DNA from: an uncultured archaeon
GTDB lineage: Archaea; Asgardarchaeota; Lokiarchaeia; Sigyniarchaeales; SOKP01
NCBI GenBank assembly: GCA_964632315.1
Contig: CAZWEM010000048.1
Span: 1 to 38,721, forward strand
Direction of reading: 5' to 3'
DNA length: 38,721 nt
Shown: one piece after another, positions 11,354 through 22,060 of the stretch
How the letters are laid out: every line of letters starts with the position of its first letter
Position numbering within the stretch: position 1 is the stretch's first letter
Made by a program: the position numbers and the translations under genes
Notes under the pieces: generated by a model
The model's database searches: none
What the model was told of the DNA's origin: nothing
What the model saw: only the letters and a program-made list of their open reading frames with translations

Positions 11354-12409
11354 TTAATATAGGATCTCGGGCGAGATATCCTTCAGCGAGCGACAATTGG
11401 TCATCTTCATAGCTTTAACCAAGGTTTTCTGTAAATAATTCATGTGTATTTTTACTCCTTCAGGGCCCCCTCCTACAGCAGCTCTAATTAGATCTCTTCC
11501 AATTAACACTCCATTAGCTCCAAGAGCTAGCATTTTCAAAACATCATAACCCGTTCTGATACCACCATCAGCTAAAATAGGGATTTGTGTTCCTAGTTCT
11601 TTAACAATTGCAGGTAATACTTCTGCGGTTCCCGGTGTATGATCTAAGACTCGCCCACCATGATTAGAAATAACAATTGCTGATGCTCCTGCATCTTTGG
11701 CGGCTCTAGCATCTTCTAAGCACATTACTCCCTTGATGATAACTGGTAAAGATGTCGATTCAACAAGGTTCCTTATATCTTCAATTGTTTTTCGATAAAC
11801 TGGTCTATTATGCTTAGCCATTGCGTATGATCCGCATCCGTCTATATCGACTCCGACGGCAATGCAATTGGCATCCTCAGCTTTCTTAAAGAATTCAATG
11901 ATCTTCTCTTGATCCCTTGGCTTGACAATTTTAACACCAAGACCCCCAACCTCAGAAATAGCATTTATGCCATAAGAATTTTCTAAAGAATAATTAATTG
12001 AGTCTCCCCTCCATCCAATCGTACCAGCGGATTTACAGCCCATAACAATAGATCTGCAAAATTCAGCTTCGGAAATGACTTCCTCTCCTCCAAAGCTATG
12101 GACGCCTGCTGTACTAGCTCCCATTATCGGCATGGAAAGTTCTCTTCCAAAAAAATCATAGCTCGTATCGGGTTCAAAGTGATCACCAATGAGATGCATT
12201 TTTAATCGAATTTTATTTAGTGCTTCATAGTTATTATTAAAACTATATCCAGCCCCAGTTCCTCCAATTCCCAGTGGCCTTCCATAACTCTGCCCTTCAC
12301 ATAACTTGGTTGCTTCTCCATCACAATTCCGATAAACAGCACAAATTCCTTTTAACTTCTCTCTTGCTTTATTTCTAACATCTTCTAAGGTTAAGTCTTT
12401 TTCACTCAT
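11354..12409 (-). CDS. FMN-dependent alpha-hydroxy-acid dehydrogenase/oxidase family protein
   Basis: LPVIIKG, SNHGGR and DGGIRTGYDVLKMLALGA. Start moved from 12427 to ATG 12409 because GGAGG at 12421-12425 looks like its RBS. Confidence 0.88.
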   Translation of the reverse strand: MSEKDLTLEDVRNKAREKLKGICAVYRNCDGEATKLCEGQSYGRPLGIGGTGAGYSFNNNYEALNKIRLKMHLIGDHFEPDTSYDFFGRELSMPIMGASTAGVHSFGGEEVISEAEFCRSIVMGCKSAGTIGWRGDSINYSLENSYGINAISEVGGLGVKIVKPRDQEKIIEFFKKAEDANCIAVGVDIDGCGSYAMAKHNRPVYRKTIEDIRNLVESTSLPVIIKGVMCLEDARAAKDAGASAIVISNHGGRVLDHTPGTAEVLPAIVKELGTQIPILADGGIRTGYDVLKMLALGANGVLIGRDLIRAAVGGGPEGVKIHMNYLQKTLVKAMKMTNCRSLKDISPEILY

Positions 12410-12416
12410 AAAAAAT

Positions 12417-13823
12417 TTAACCTCCACTCGTTATCGTTCTTTTAGGATCTAATATTTCGTCTAAATTTTCTTCAAATTCTAAACCCATTTCTAATATTAC
12501 TTGTTTAACGTTTTTTCCTTCCTTGTAAGCCTTTTGTGCAATTTCAGAAGCTTTATCATATCCGATATAAGGGTTTAGATTGGTAGCTATCATTAGTAAA
12601 TTGTCTAAATCACTTTTAATTTTACTTTCATTTACTTCTAAACCAATCAAACATTTATCAATAAAGGAATCGATACCTCTGCAAATCAAGGTAAGTGATT
12701 CCAATAAATTATGAATCATTATGGGTTTGCAGATATTCAAATCCAAAATGCTTCCCATCATTTCTGAATTCGAGATTGATACACACATTCCCATAACATA
12801 CAAGCATACTTGAATTAATGCTTCGGATTGTGTTGGGTTAATTTTACCGGGCATTATAGACGATCCGGGCTCATTTGCAGGCAATTTTAATTCAGAAAGT
12901 CCTGCTCTTGGACCACTCCCCATCCATCGTATATCATTTGCCATTTTGACAAGAGATAACGCTAAAAGGTTAATTGTACTACTAAGTTTAACGATGGTAT
13001 TATGAGAGGCTATACCTTCCGCTAGCACTTCTTTAGACCTTAATGAAAATCCAGTTACATCAGATAATTTTTTTATGACTAAAGCTTGAAAGTCTTTAGT
13101 AGTATTGATTCCAGTTCCTAAAACAGTACCTCCAAGAGGTATGGCGCTTAATTCTCCCAAATCAGAATTTAAACGATTTTTAGTAATTATGATCTGTTGT
13201 TTATATACTTTAAATTCAAGTGAGAGAGGAATCGGAACTGCATCTTGTAAGTGTGTTCTTCCAACTTTTAAAACATTTTTAAACTCTACTATTTTTTGAT
13301 CTAAAGCTTTTACCAACTTATCTAAGGTTGGATATAGGTCTTCTTTCATCGAATGCAATGCTGAAATGTGCATGGTAGTTGGGATTACATCATTTGATGA
13401 TTGAGACATGTTTACATCGTCATTAGGATGAACAGGTGATTTTTTCCCTTTTTCAAAGCCAAGGATCTCGTTTGCCCTGTTCGCTAACACTTCATTCATA
13501 TTCATGTTCATTTGAGTTCCTGAGCCAGTTTGGAATACATCAATTGGAAATTGATCAAAATGTCGTTGTTCATTTAGAATTTCATCAATAGCTTGTAGTA
13601 TCGCTTTAAATTTCTCTTCATCCAAGGATCCTAAATCTTTATTAGCTAAGAGGGCAGCCTTTTTTACTTCAGCTAAAGATTTTAAAAAATTATTAGAAAA
13701 TCTTTTAGTGCTAATTTGAAAGTTTTCTATGGCTCTCTGAGTATTTACTCCCCAATACGCATTATTAGGTACCTTAATTTCTCCTAAAACGTCTTTTTCT
13801 ATTCGATATTCATCATCATTCAT
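12417..13823 (-). CDS. fumC: Class II fumarate hydratase
   Basis: TGSGTQMNMN, HPNDDVNMSQSSND, GRTHLQDA and signature GSSIMPGKINP. Start reassigned to ATG 13823 (MNDDEYRIEKD), since the ORF-track extension overlaps sdhB. Position after sdhAB favours fumarase over aspartase. Confidence 0.87.
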   Translation of the reverse strand: MNDDEYRIEKDVLGEIKVPNNAYWGVNTQRAIENFQISTKRFSNNFLKSLAEVKKAALLANKDLGSLDEEKFKAILQAIDEILNEQRHFDQFPIDVFQTGSGTQMNMNMNEVLANRANEILGFEKGKKSPVHPNDDVNMSQSSNDVIPTTMHISALHSMKEDLYPTLDKLVKALDQKIVEFKNVLKVGRTHLQDAVPIPLSLEFKVYKQQIIITKNRLNSDLGELSAIPLGGTVLGTGINTTKDFQALVIKKLSDVTGFSLRSKEVLAEGIASHNTIVKLSSTINLLALSLVKMANDIRWMGSGPRAGLSELKLPANEPGSSIMPGKINPTQSEALIQVCLYVMGMCVSISNSEMMGSILDLNICKPIMIHNLLESLTLICRGIDSFIDKCLIGLEVNESKIKSDLDNLLMIATNLNPYIGYDKASEIAQKAYKEGKNVKQVILEMGLEFEENLDEILDPKRTITSGG

Positions 13824-14598
13824 GTTTACTCCAATCTTTGCGTAATTCTTGATTAATTGCCGTTCCGGGCATGACATTTTTAGGGCAAACTTGATTACAA
13901 ATAAAGTATCTCTCGCATGCAGGCACCCCATCTTCTTTCATCACTCGAGAAACAATTGAATTTTGTTTTTCATGCTGAATTCTTGAATCATAAACAAATC
14001 TACTTGCTTTAGCTAATTGAGCAGGTCCAAGATAATTTGGATTTTTATTACTTACGGGACAAGCCCAACAGAGACCGCATAAAATGCAATATACGTATCT
14101 TTCAATGCGTTCCATTTGTTCAGGAGATTGTTTAGATTCCGGTTGTTTATAATTCCATTCCCTCGTAAAAAAGGGCTCGATTTCTCGAAAATGATTCCAG
14201 AACTTTTCTAAATCAACGACTAAATCTTTTATGACTCTCATATTAGGTGCTGGTTCAATTAAAATTTCGTGTTCTCTATCCCATGCTGGAACGTCTCCAT
14301 AAATAAAATCAATATTCTTGCTCCTTATGAATTTTTCGATGGGTTGAATAATTTCATTTACTGAGGAAATTTGAGTTTTACAAGCTAACATCGGCACCTT
14401 ATTTATTGTCATCCCACAAGAGCCACAGACTGCTCCTCTACAAGCGTATCGAAATGCTAAAGTAGAATCTAAATGATCTTGGATGTAGAATAATGCATCT
14501 AATACATCCATTCCCTTTTCGATTGGAACTTCAAAGCGATCATAGCGTACACTTCCATCGCCTGGATTTCTATAAATTAAAAATTTTTGTTTTTCCAT
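13816..14598 (-). CDS. sdhB: Succinate dehydrogenase/fumarate reductase iron-sulfur subunit
   Basis: RYACRGAVCGSC (2Fe-2S), CILCGLCWACP (4Fe-4S), CERYFICNQVCP (3Fe-4S), VIKDLVVD and YLGPA. Confidence 0.92.
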   Translation of the reverse strand: MEKQKFLIYRNPGDGSVRYDRFEVPIEKGMDVLDALFYIQDHLDSTLAFRYACRGAVCGSCGMTINKVPMLACKTQISSVNEIIQPIEKFIRSKNIDFIYGDVPAWDREHEILIEPAPNMRVIKDLVVDLEKFWNHFREIEPFFTREWNYKQPESKQSPEQMERIERYVYCILCGLCWACPVSNKNPNYLGPAQLAKASRFVYDSRIQHEKQNSIVSRVMKEDGVPACERYFICNQVCPKNVMPGTAINQELRKDWSKHE

Positions 14599-16313
14599 TA
14601 GTATTCACGCTCCTTTACTTCAAATATACCTAAAATTACTGGCTTTGTTTTTAATTCTAAATCACCATTTTTTCCTCTTGAGACAATAGAATGAACAAGA
14701 AAATTTTCATCATTACGTGTATCAAAGTCTCGTCTAAAATGAGCTCCTCTACTCTCCTTTCTCCATAATGCTGCATAAGTAGTCACTTCTGCAATATCAA
14801 GCATCGATCTTAACTCAAGCGTACGTGTTAAGCCATAATTGAACTTTCTATCCGATGTATCTACATGTACTTCTTTAAAATCTTTTTGTAATTGTCTTAA
14901 TGTGTCTAGTGCTACTTGCATGTCTTTCTCATTTCTGAATACTCCAACGTTACTATTCATGATAGAACCCATCTCATCTCTAATCTCTGCGGGTTTCTTT
15001 CCTTCATTATTTTGCCATCTAGAAAATAATTCCTCAACATTGTTAAGGACTTGTTCTTCAGCTCCTTTGAGCATATTTGTGGAGAAACTTTTCGGTAATC
15101 CTCTTTCTTTCAACTTTTTACCTATTAATCTCCCAAACACAGCAGTCTCAAGCAAAGAATTACCTCCTAACCTATTTGCTCCATGAACAGAAAGACATGA
15201 ACATTCACCCAAAACCCAGAGCCCATTTAAATCAGTCTCACCAACATCTCCCTTATATTTTGTTGCAATCCCTCCCATACTATAATGCTGACCAGGTTGG
15301 ATGGGTATGGGTTCTTCGATGGGATCAATTCCAGCAAAATGCATGCTAATTTCTCGGATCCCGGGTAATTTTTTATTGATTGTATCTGCTCCTAGGTGTG
15401 TCAGGTCTAAATTAACATACTCATCTTCAAAAGCATTCCCTTCTAAAACCTCGGTATCTATTGCTCTAGCTACAATATCTCGAGGAGCTAATTCCATTGC
15501 TTCAGGAGCATACTTGTTCATGAATCTTTCATGTTTATTATTATATAACAATCCCCCTTCACCTCGCGCACCCTCAGTTATTAAAATATTTGAGCCATAT
15601 AATGTAGTAGGATGAAATTGAACAAATTCACAATCCTCCATTGGCACTCCTGCGCGAAAAGCAGCCCCTACTCCGTCTCCAGTATTAATTACTGAGTTTG
15701 TAGAACGCTTGTAGATTCTACCAAATCCTCCTGTAGCAAGTATAACAGATGGAGCTCGAAAGATTACCAATTCCCCACTTGTGATATCTAATGAGATTAA
15801 TCCTGTAACGTTATTTTCAATTTTAATTAGGTCAATCAAAAAATATTCATCGAAAAACTTTACATCAAATCGAACACACTGCTGATATAACGTGTGTAAG
15901 AGTGCGTGTCCCGTCCTATCTCCTGCAAAACAAGTCCTTGGAAATCCTGCACCTCCAAAAGGACGTTGATTTATTAATCCATTCTCCAATCTCGAAAAAG
16001 GTGTTCCCATACTTTCAAACTCTAATACTGTTTTGGGGGCTTCCTCACACATCAACATGGCAATGTTTTGATCTGCAACAAAGTCGGCTCCCTTCACGGT
16101 GTCATATGCATGAACTTTTGGTGAGTCATCCTTTCCCTCTTCTAAATTACCTAATGCTGCATTTATCCCTCCTTGCGCATTAATAGAATGACTCCTTACA
16201 GGATAGACCTTACTTATTATTGCCGTGTTATATTTATCTGATAACTCTAAACCTATTCTCAGACCGCTTAAACCAGCCCCAACTATTACTACATCAAATT
16301 CTTCTAACCTCAT
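14598..16313 (-). CDS. sdhA: Succinate dehydrogenase/fumarate reductase flavoprotein subunit
   Basis: GAGLSG, covalent-FAD His in RSHSINAQGG, QFHPT, LITEGARGEGG, HYSMGG, HGANRLGGNSL and ESRGAH. TAATG coupling to sdhB. Confidence 0.95.
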   Translation of the reverse strand: MRLEEFDVVIVGAGLSGLRIGLELSDKYNTAIISKVYPVRSHSINAQGGINAALGNLEEGKDDSPKVHAYDTVKGADFVADQNIAMLMCEEAPKTVLEFESMGTPFSRLENGLINQRPFGGAGFPRTCFAGDRTGHALLHTLYQQCVRFDVKFFDEYFLIDLIKIENNVTGLISLDITSGELVIFRAPSVILATGGFGRIYKRSTNSVINTGDGVGAAFRAGVPMEDCEFVQFHPTTLYGSNILITEGARGEGGLLYNNKHERFMNKYAPEAMELAPRDIVARAIDTEVLEGNAFEDEYVNLDLTHLGADTINKKLPGIREISMHFAGIDPIEEPIPIQPGQHYSMGGIATKYKGDVGETDLNGLWVLGECSCLSVHGANRLGGNSLLETAVFGRLIGKKLKERGLPKSFSTNMLKGAEEQVLNNVEELFSRWQNNEGKKPAEIRDEMGSIMNSNVGVFRNEKDMQVALDTLRQLQKDFKEVHVDTSDRKFNYGLTRTLELRSMLDIAEVTTYAALWRKESRGAHFRRDFDTRNDENFLVHSIVSRGKNGDLELKTKPVILGIFEVKEREY

Positions 16314-16368
16314 TTGAATAATTACTCCTTTTTTTTCTATTAAAAATATTTTTACTAATTTTTATTAA

Positions 16369-17241
16369 TTATTTGAACGATTCGATTAGACTTCTAAATT
16401 TATCCATATCTAAGTCGCGTAAATATAAAGGTCGCTTATCCTTATCGTAGATTTGAATACTTTCTTCATAAATTCGGCGATTTGGATTTAAATATAATAC
16501 ACCTAAAGGTAATTTTTTAGATTGTACAGCTATTTTTAATGCATTAGCTTGATCGTAAGGGTCATAATCATCTTCTACATAATAACTATTTTCTTTATAC
16601 CACTGAAAAGTATTTACCCGATTGAAAGTCACGCAAGGGCATAAAAGATCTATGAGAGCATAACCCTTATGTTTTATTGCTTTTTTTAAGATTTCTTTTG
16701 TTTCATCAATATCACCAGTGAAGGCCCGTGCTACGAAGGATGCTTTAAGAGAAATTGCTACTGCAACTGGATTAAATGGTTCAATAATTACTCCATTAAT
16801 TTGAACAGGTGTCTTAAAACCAAGCTGACTTGTGGGAGATGCTTGACCTTTTGTCAATCCATAAACTTGATTATTATGAGCAATATTTACTATATTCGGA
16901 TTATATCGAATAGTGTGAATGAAATGATTGCCCCCTTCACTATAAGTACATCCATCTCCACTCATCGCAATAACGGTCAACTCGGGGTTAGCTGCTTTCA
17001 TACCTAAAGCATTTGACAAATATCTTCCATGTAGTCCATTGAAACTTTGAGAGTTAATAAAGTGAGGAAACTTACCTGCTTGTCCAATGCCAGAGACTAA
17101 TACAACATCTTGTTGTTTCAATTTTAACTCGGATAATGCTTCTTTCATAATCCTTAAGGCATTATAATTACCGCAACCTGGACACCAGTGAATTTCGATG
17201 TCCAAATCCCATATTTCTTTTTTTTCTTCTTTATCTGACAA
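16369..17241 (-). CDS. korB: 2-oxoacid:ferredoxin oxidoreductase beta subunit (TPP-binding)
   Basis: WCPGCG, SGIG, LHGR, GDG...[11 protein letters not shown] and PCVTFN. TTG start behind GAGGTGA. 2-oxoglutarate specificity is inferred from context only. Confidence 0.88.
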   Translation of the reverse strand: MSDKEEKKEIWDLDIEIHWCPGCGNYNALRIMKEALSELKLKQQDVVLVSGIGQAGKFPHFINSQSFNGLHGRYLSNALGMKAANPELTVIAMSGDGCTYSEGGNHFIHTIRYNPNIVNIAHNNQVYGLTKGQASPTSQLGFKTPVQINGVIIEPFNPVAVAISLKASFVARAFTGDIDETKEILKKAIKHKGYALIDLLCPCVTFNRVNTFQWYKENSYYVEDDYDPYDQANALKIAVQSKKLPLGVLYLNPNRRIYEESIQIYDKDKRPLYLRDLDMDKFRSLIESFK

Positions 17242-17242
17242 A

Positions 17243-18973
17243 TTAGATCACCTCAATAGCCTTTTTGATTTGATCCATTATCTCTTCAACTGAGAATGTA
17301 TAACCAGAATAGTTTAAAATCAGATGATCTACCTTACGATGCGTTTCAAGCTCAACTAAATTAGCAAATTGCCCCGTAGGATTACTCTCGATAACAATTA
17401 GTTTTTCTGCTTTTGAAATATAGTCATTCGTAATTTTGTTCAATGGATAAACTTGTTTATAATGTAGAAATCCGATATCAGATCGATTTAAATTATCAAG
17501 AGCTTCTTTAATCAAATAAAAGCTACTACCCCAGCTAATTACAAGATATTTAATCGCATCAGAACCGATATATTCGGGGGGAATTGCATTTTCTTTAATT
17601 AAAGAAAGCTTTTTTAATCTTTTTTCAACCGTTCGCATTCTAAGATCAGGATCTTCGGTGATATCTCCACTTTCAGTATGGGTATGAGAGTCAGCATCTA
17701 CTAAACCGTCCCCATATCCTGGAATACCACGGGGTGATATAATATCCTCAGTGAATTTATATCTTTCATAATCTTGCTCAGTTTTTATGATAAAATTCTT
17801 TCTTTCTAAATGTTCATAATCAATTTTACTTACATTGTAATAAGAATCAACAAGATATTGGTCTGTTAGAATAAACACGGGTACTTGATATTCTTGGGTT
17901 AAGTTAAATGCATTTTGAGTCAACAAAAATGATTCCTCAATAGAGTTAGGGGCTAAAATTATTCTTGGAAAATACCCTGCTCCAGCGTGCAAGACCAAGT
18001 TCAAGTCCTCTTGAGCAGTTCGAGTTGGCATTCCAGTGGCTGGTCCTGGTCGCTGTCCTACAATAATTACAAGGGGTAATTCACTCATTCCAGTTAAACT
18101 CACTCCTTCCCCCATTAATGAAAAGCCGCCACCCGAAGTAGATACTAAAGCACGAGCACCAGCATAAGAAGCGCCTAGTGCTTTATTTATTACGCTAATC
18201 TCGTCTTCAGATTGATCAACTATTATTGAAAATTCAGGACCGTGTTGTGCGAGAAATGTACCTATTCCTGTGCTTGGGGCCATTGGATAAAAAGTAACGT
18301 AGTTGACTCCACCTGCTATGGCACCTAATGCGATCCCTTGAGTGCCGTCGATAATGTAATCATCAATTACATCATCATTTTTTTGTATTGATTTTACTTT
18401 TGAGAGCTTCCCTTCATCGATTAACTCCATAGCTTTATCAAATCCTTTATCTGCTGCTTTTATATTATTTTGAATAATTTCCGATCCTTTCGACTTAAAA
18501 TTCTCCTCAAGTAAATCATGAAGAATACTTTTGTCTGCCCCCAAAATATTGCAAATCAATCCCAGAACTATTATATTCGCATAAACTTTACCACCGACAT
18601 CTTTAGACATTTCTAAAAAAGGTACCTCTATTTTTATTCCGCTAGGTTCTGAATCAGTGTCAAGAAACTCCTTTTCTCCAAGTATTATGCTTTCTGTAGT
18701 TAATTTGCCTTTTAGATGAGGAATAGCTGCATCATTTAACGGAAATAAAAAGTCAATTCTTTCGCTATATGCTCTAACTTTAACTGATGAGACTCTAATT
18801 GAGGTTGAGTTTACGCCACCCCTAACCCTAGACATGTATTCTCTCGTAGCAAATACGTTGAAACCCGATTTTTTAAGTGTCTTAGTAAGCAATGCTTCTA
18901 CAGTCTTAATACCTTGACCAGCAGCACCACATAACACCAAAGATATATCCTCTTTTTCGTTTAATTTTTCCAT
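17243..18973 (-). CDS. korA: 2-oxoacid:ferredoxin oxidoreductase alpha subunit (gamma-alpha fusion)
   Basis: [34 protein letters not shown] and [11 protein letters not shown]. Confidence 0.9.
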   Translation of the reverse strand: MEKLNEKEDISLVLCGAAGQGIKTVEALLTKTLKKSGFNVFATREYMSRVRGGVNSTSIRVSSVKVRAYSERIDFLFPLNDAAIPHLKGKLTTESIILGEKEFLDTDSEPSGIKIEVPFLEMSKDVGGKVYANIIVLGLICNILGADKSILHDLLEENFKSKGSEIIQNNIKAADKGFDKAMELIDEGKLSKVKSIQKNDDVIDDYIIDGTQGIALGAIAGGVNYVTFYPMAPSTGIGTFLAQHGPEFSIIVDQSEDEISVINKALGASYAGARALVSTSGGGFSLMGEGVSLTGMSELPLVIIVGQRPGPATGMPTRTAQEDLNLVLHAGAGYFPRIILAPNSIEESFLLTQNAFNLTQEYQVPVFILTDQYLVDSYYNVSKIDYEHLERKNFIIKTEQDYERYKFTEDIISPRGIPGYGDGLVDADSHTHTESGDITEDPDLRMRTVEKRLKKLSLIKENAIPPEYIGSDAIKYLVISWGSSFYLIKEALDNLNRSDIGFLHYKQVYPLNKITNDYISKAEKLIVIESNPTGQFANLVELETHRKVDHLILNYSGYTFSVEEIMDQIKKAIEVI

Positions 18974-19191
18974 GATCTTAATCTCTTAGACCTATTTCTT
19001 TAAAATTATTAAATTATCTCTGTTTTAACATAGTACTAACAATTAGAATTAAAAAGCCTTTTATAATAAATCATAAATGAATGAATATGTAAATAACCGA
19101 TGCTAATTTTATGGTTTACCTCCATTTTATTTTTCTGCACCTTGTTAACGATAAAATTTATGAGATTTGAAGTAGATCTACAAAAGATTAA

Positions 19192-20364
19192 TTAAAGTAA
19201 CTCGTGTTCGATTCGAAAGTAGTAATTATGGAATAATGAAGAAATAAGATATGATTTAATCAACCTAAAATCCTGTTTATACCTTAAAAGATCATAAATG
19301 TAATAAGTTCGCTTAAACAACCAAGCTACAAATCCACTGAAAACAAACTTATTGAACAATTGGGCTACTCCATAATTTTTACCTAAAGATATGAACATGA
19401 ACCTAAGCGGCTTTAGACGCAACGGTTTTAATTTTTTCTCTTTTACCTTCCTAAAGAGCATTTTGGCTAAATAATCTGCTTGAATCTTAGCGATCTGAGC
19501 TAGCATTGGTGCATTTCCACCGATATATGGAAAATTGGAGGCATCACCAATGGAATATACATCTTCTAAACCTTCTACTTGACAGAAATGATTAACTTCA
19601 TAGGCTCTGTCGAATTGAAGATCAGAATCAATCATTATTGGTCTTGATCCAATGCAGATTATGATAAACTCAAAAGGATACTCCTTATCTCCAACGAAAA
19701 TAGATTTATTTTCAATCTTGGTCACTCTTTGATTGTAGAAAACATTGATATCCAGCTTTTTCATCTTTTTATTGATTATCGCATGAAACTCAGGAATACC
19801 TGGAAACAATTTTTTTTCTGCTACGAATATATCGATAATAATCTCGTTTTTCAACGTTTTTGCTAAAGAAGCAATCTCCGTAGCAAGCTCTATTCCTACT
19901 GCACCTCCTCCAATAATCGAAATAACAGGACGATGTCTACCAAAAGCGATCTTTAAGTGTTCATTAATCCTAATTGCATCAAATATATTTTTCATAGTGG
20001 GATAATTTTCTGAACCTTTAATAACCTTTAAAGCAGCGGCCCCAGGTGCGATAATTAAGTAGTCATATTTATAAAACTGAGAATTTTTTAGTTCAACTTC
20101 CTTTTTCTTGAAATAAATTTTTTTTACTGTTGATCGAATAAACAATGCTCGTTTTAACTCTTTTCTAATGTCAAAGAGAGGTAGCTCCTTCGGAATTTGT
20201 CCTACACATGCTTCATGTAATAGAGTATTATAAAGAAAATGATGGGATGGATTTATTAATAATACATCAAAATTTTCGAACGTTTCAATCTTTTTTGCTA
20301 ACCTAAATCCAGCAAATCCCGCTCCAATGATGATTACATTTAATCTTTTCGTTGAAACTTTCAT
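19192..20364 (-). CDS. ndh: FAD-dependent oxidoreductase, type II NADH dehydrogenase-like
   Basis: IIGAGFAG, YDYLIIAPG, IIGGGAVGIELA, YSIGD, AQIA and a C-terminal amphipathic segment SGFVAWLFKRTYY. Confidence 0.72.
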   Translation of the reverse strand: MKVSTKRLNVIIIGAGFAGFRLAKKIETFENFDVLLINPSHHFLYNTLLHEACVGQIPKELPLFDIRKELKRALFIRSTVKKIYFKKKEVELKNSQFYKYDYLIIAPGAAALKVIKGSENYPTMKNIFDAIRINEHLKIAFGRHRPVISIIGGGAVGIELATEIASLAKTLKNEIIIDIFVAEKKLFPGIPEFHAIINKKMKKLDINVFYNQRVTKIENKSIFVGDKEYPFEFIIICIGSRPIMIDSDLQFDRAYEVNHFCQVEGLEDVYSIGDASNFPYIGGNAPMLAQIAKIQADYLAKMLFRKVKEKKLKPLRLKPLRFMFISLGKNYGVAQLFNKFVFSGFVAWLFKRTYYIYDLLRYKQDFRLIKSYLISSLFHNYYFRIEHELL

Positions 20365-20541
20365 GTGAAGTTAAAACCTCATTATTTTACGCTCAAATTC
20401 ATTCCTATTTAAACTAAATTTGAGCCATTCCTATATTTTACGATTACTTTCAACCTATGATGATAATTACTAATATAACGTTTTATCTTAAGATTTATTA
20501 ATTATCTCCGAATTCTAAATTCAGATTAAAAGTTGATTTGA

Positions 20542-21999
20542 TTATCCTAAAAATTTTCTTCTGCTTGCAGCTAAAAGGATCTTTTCTGTCAAGCCTTCTG
20601 GTTGTTCTTTTTTTATTGAATGAATTATATCATCAGTATATGTTTTATGGGTCTCGTCAAGTTCATAATCAATATTGAAATCTTTTAATTTTAATTGAAA
20701 ATCGAATTTCAAGAAATCTTGATTAGGATTGTAGTATTTTAATGCTTCTTTCAGATCTTCTTCAAAATTAACATATTGAGTTAGTATAAAATCATAATCT
20801 TTTTGAGTCAAACAATTAAGTCCTAAAAGTGAGGGAGGAATTCCTATCGAATACATCGCAGCAGTGAATCCAATTGCTCTGGGAAGACAAAACTCACCTA
20901 CATCACGACAATAGCCAAAAAGTCCTATATGTAAGTTCCTTCTTCTTCTTTTTGGAGAATAAGGCGCTATTCTATTAACCATTGGGGCTAAACTTAATAC
21001 CTGTTTAGAATATGCATCTGAAAATCTTTCTATTATTTCTAAACATTTATCTTCCTCCATTAAATGCGGTCTCTTTACAGGAATCTCCTTTAACCTTTTC
21101 ATCGCATTAATTACCTCATCGGGAGGATTATCATACTTAAATGCTGATTGAATCGTGTAAGTATAAACACTAGGATATTCCTTTGTAACGCTATCAACCG
21201 TTTCTGGTTTAAAATTTCCGCGAAATACGGGAGACCCTACCCCAATGATGGGATAAAATTCAACACTAATTTTCTCAGACAAATTCTGAATACGCTGATG
21301 TGCCACTTTGTTGATAAGTACTGCCGAAAGTAGCCCATAATTAAGGGCGGGATCGGAACGCGCATAAAACACTCTTTGATATTCTACCTTTTTATTACTT
21401 AAGTAAGCATCAAGAATTTTATGCGAATCTAACATGTGTTCTTTATCTTCAAATAAAGGAATAACATTAATGCTTTTGGGAGCGAATTTTCCCACCCATT
21501 CTGCGATTGTTATATCATTTTCTATTGGTCGGTAATCTTGTTTTCCTATGACAAATTTATGATAATAGGAATATATTCTATCAAGTGCTAATTGAGATTG
21601 AGCCATTGGTAAAATAACCTCAAAAATCGGGGGAATTTCATCTTTAAAGACAGTATGAGATGCATCAAAAGAACGAGGGATGCTTTCTAAAGTCTCTATC
21701 AATATTTTGGCTTCTGGTATCTCAAATTCAGGATTTGGAAGCCTTAAAGTAAGGAAAACATCTTCACCAAGTCTTTTCTTATTAAAAAAATTTTTATATC
21801 GAGTTAGTAATTTTTTAACCACAAAAGCGTCACCTTCCTTACCCTCATAATCCCACATCTGCTCATCACAACCCAGATGAGAAAATGCATAAAATGCCTC
21901 CTCTACTTCATCTTCATTATCCATATCTGGAGAATTAGCGAAGAAGGGGATGTTAACATTATCAGGATGTTGGGTACTCATGCATTTAGGAATGGTCAT
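20542..21999 (-). CDS. ppcA: Archaeal-type phosphoenolpyruvate carboxylase
   Basis: IPKCMSTQHPDN, MWDYEGK, VIPLFED, ARSDPALNYG, TIQSAFKYD and LPRAIGF. ATG 21999 preferred because the ORF-track GTG at 22008 lies within a GGTGA RBS. Confidence 0.93.
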   Translation of the reverse strand: MTIPKCMSTQHPDNVNIPFFANSPDMDNEDEVEEAFYAFSHLGCDEQMWDYEGKEGDAFVVKKLLTRYKNFFNKKRLGEDVFLTLRLPNPEFEIPEAKILIETLESIPRSFDASHTVFKDEIPPIFEVILPMAQSQLALDRIYSYYHKFVIGKQDYRPIENDITIAEWVGKFAPKSINVIPLFEDKEHMLDSHKILDAYLSNKKVEYQRVFYARSDPALNYGLLSAVLINKVAHQRIQNLSEKISVEFYPIIGVGSPVFRGNFKPETVDSVTKEYPSVYTYTIQSAFKYDNPPDEVINAMKRLKEIPVKRPHLMEEDKCLEIIERFSDAYSKQVLSLAPMVNRIAPYSPKRRRRNLHIGLFGYCRDVGEFCLPRAIGFTAAMYSIGIPPSLLGLNCLTQKDYDFILTQYVNFEEDLKEALKYYNPNQDFLKFDFQLKLKDFNIDYELDETHKTYTDDIIHSIKKEQPEGLTEKILLAASRRKFLG

Positions 22000-22060
22000 A
22001 TCATTCACCAGTTTAATTTAGATTTTAACAGTTAATCCTTTATGAAAGTCATCTGAAATA

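Noticed and set aside
13824-13931. N-terminal extension of fumC in the ORF track
   Set aside because: It overlaps the sdhB coding region. Homology and a GGAG RBS point to ATG 13823.
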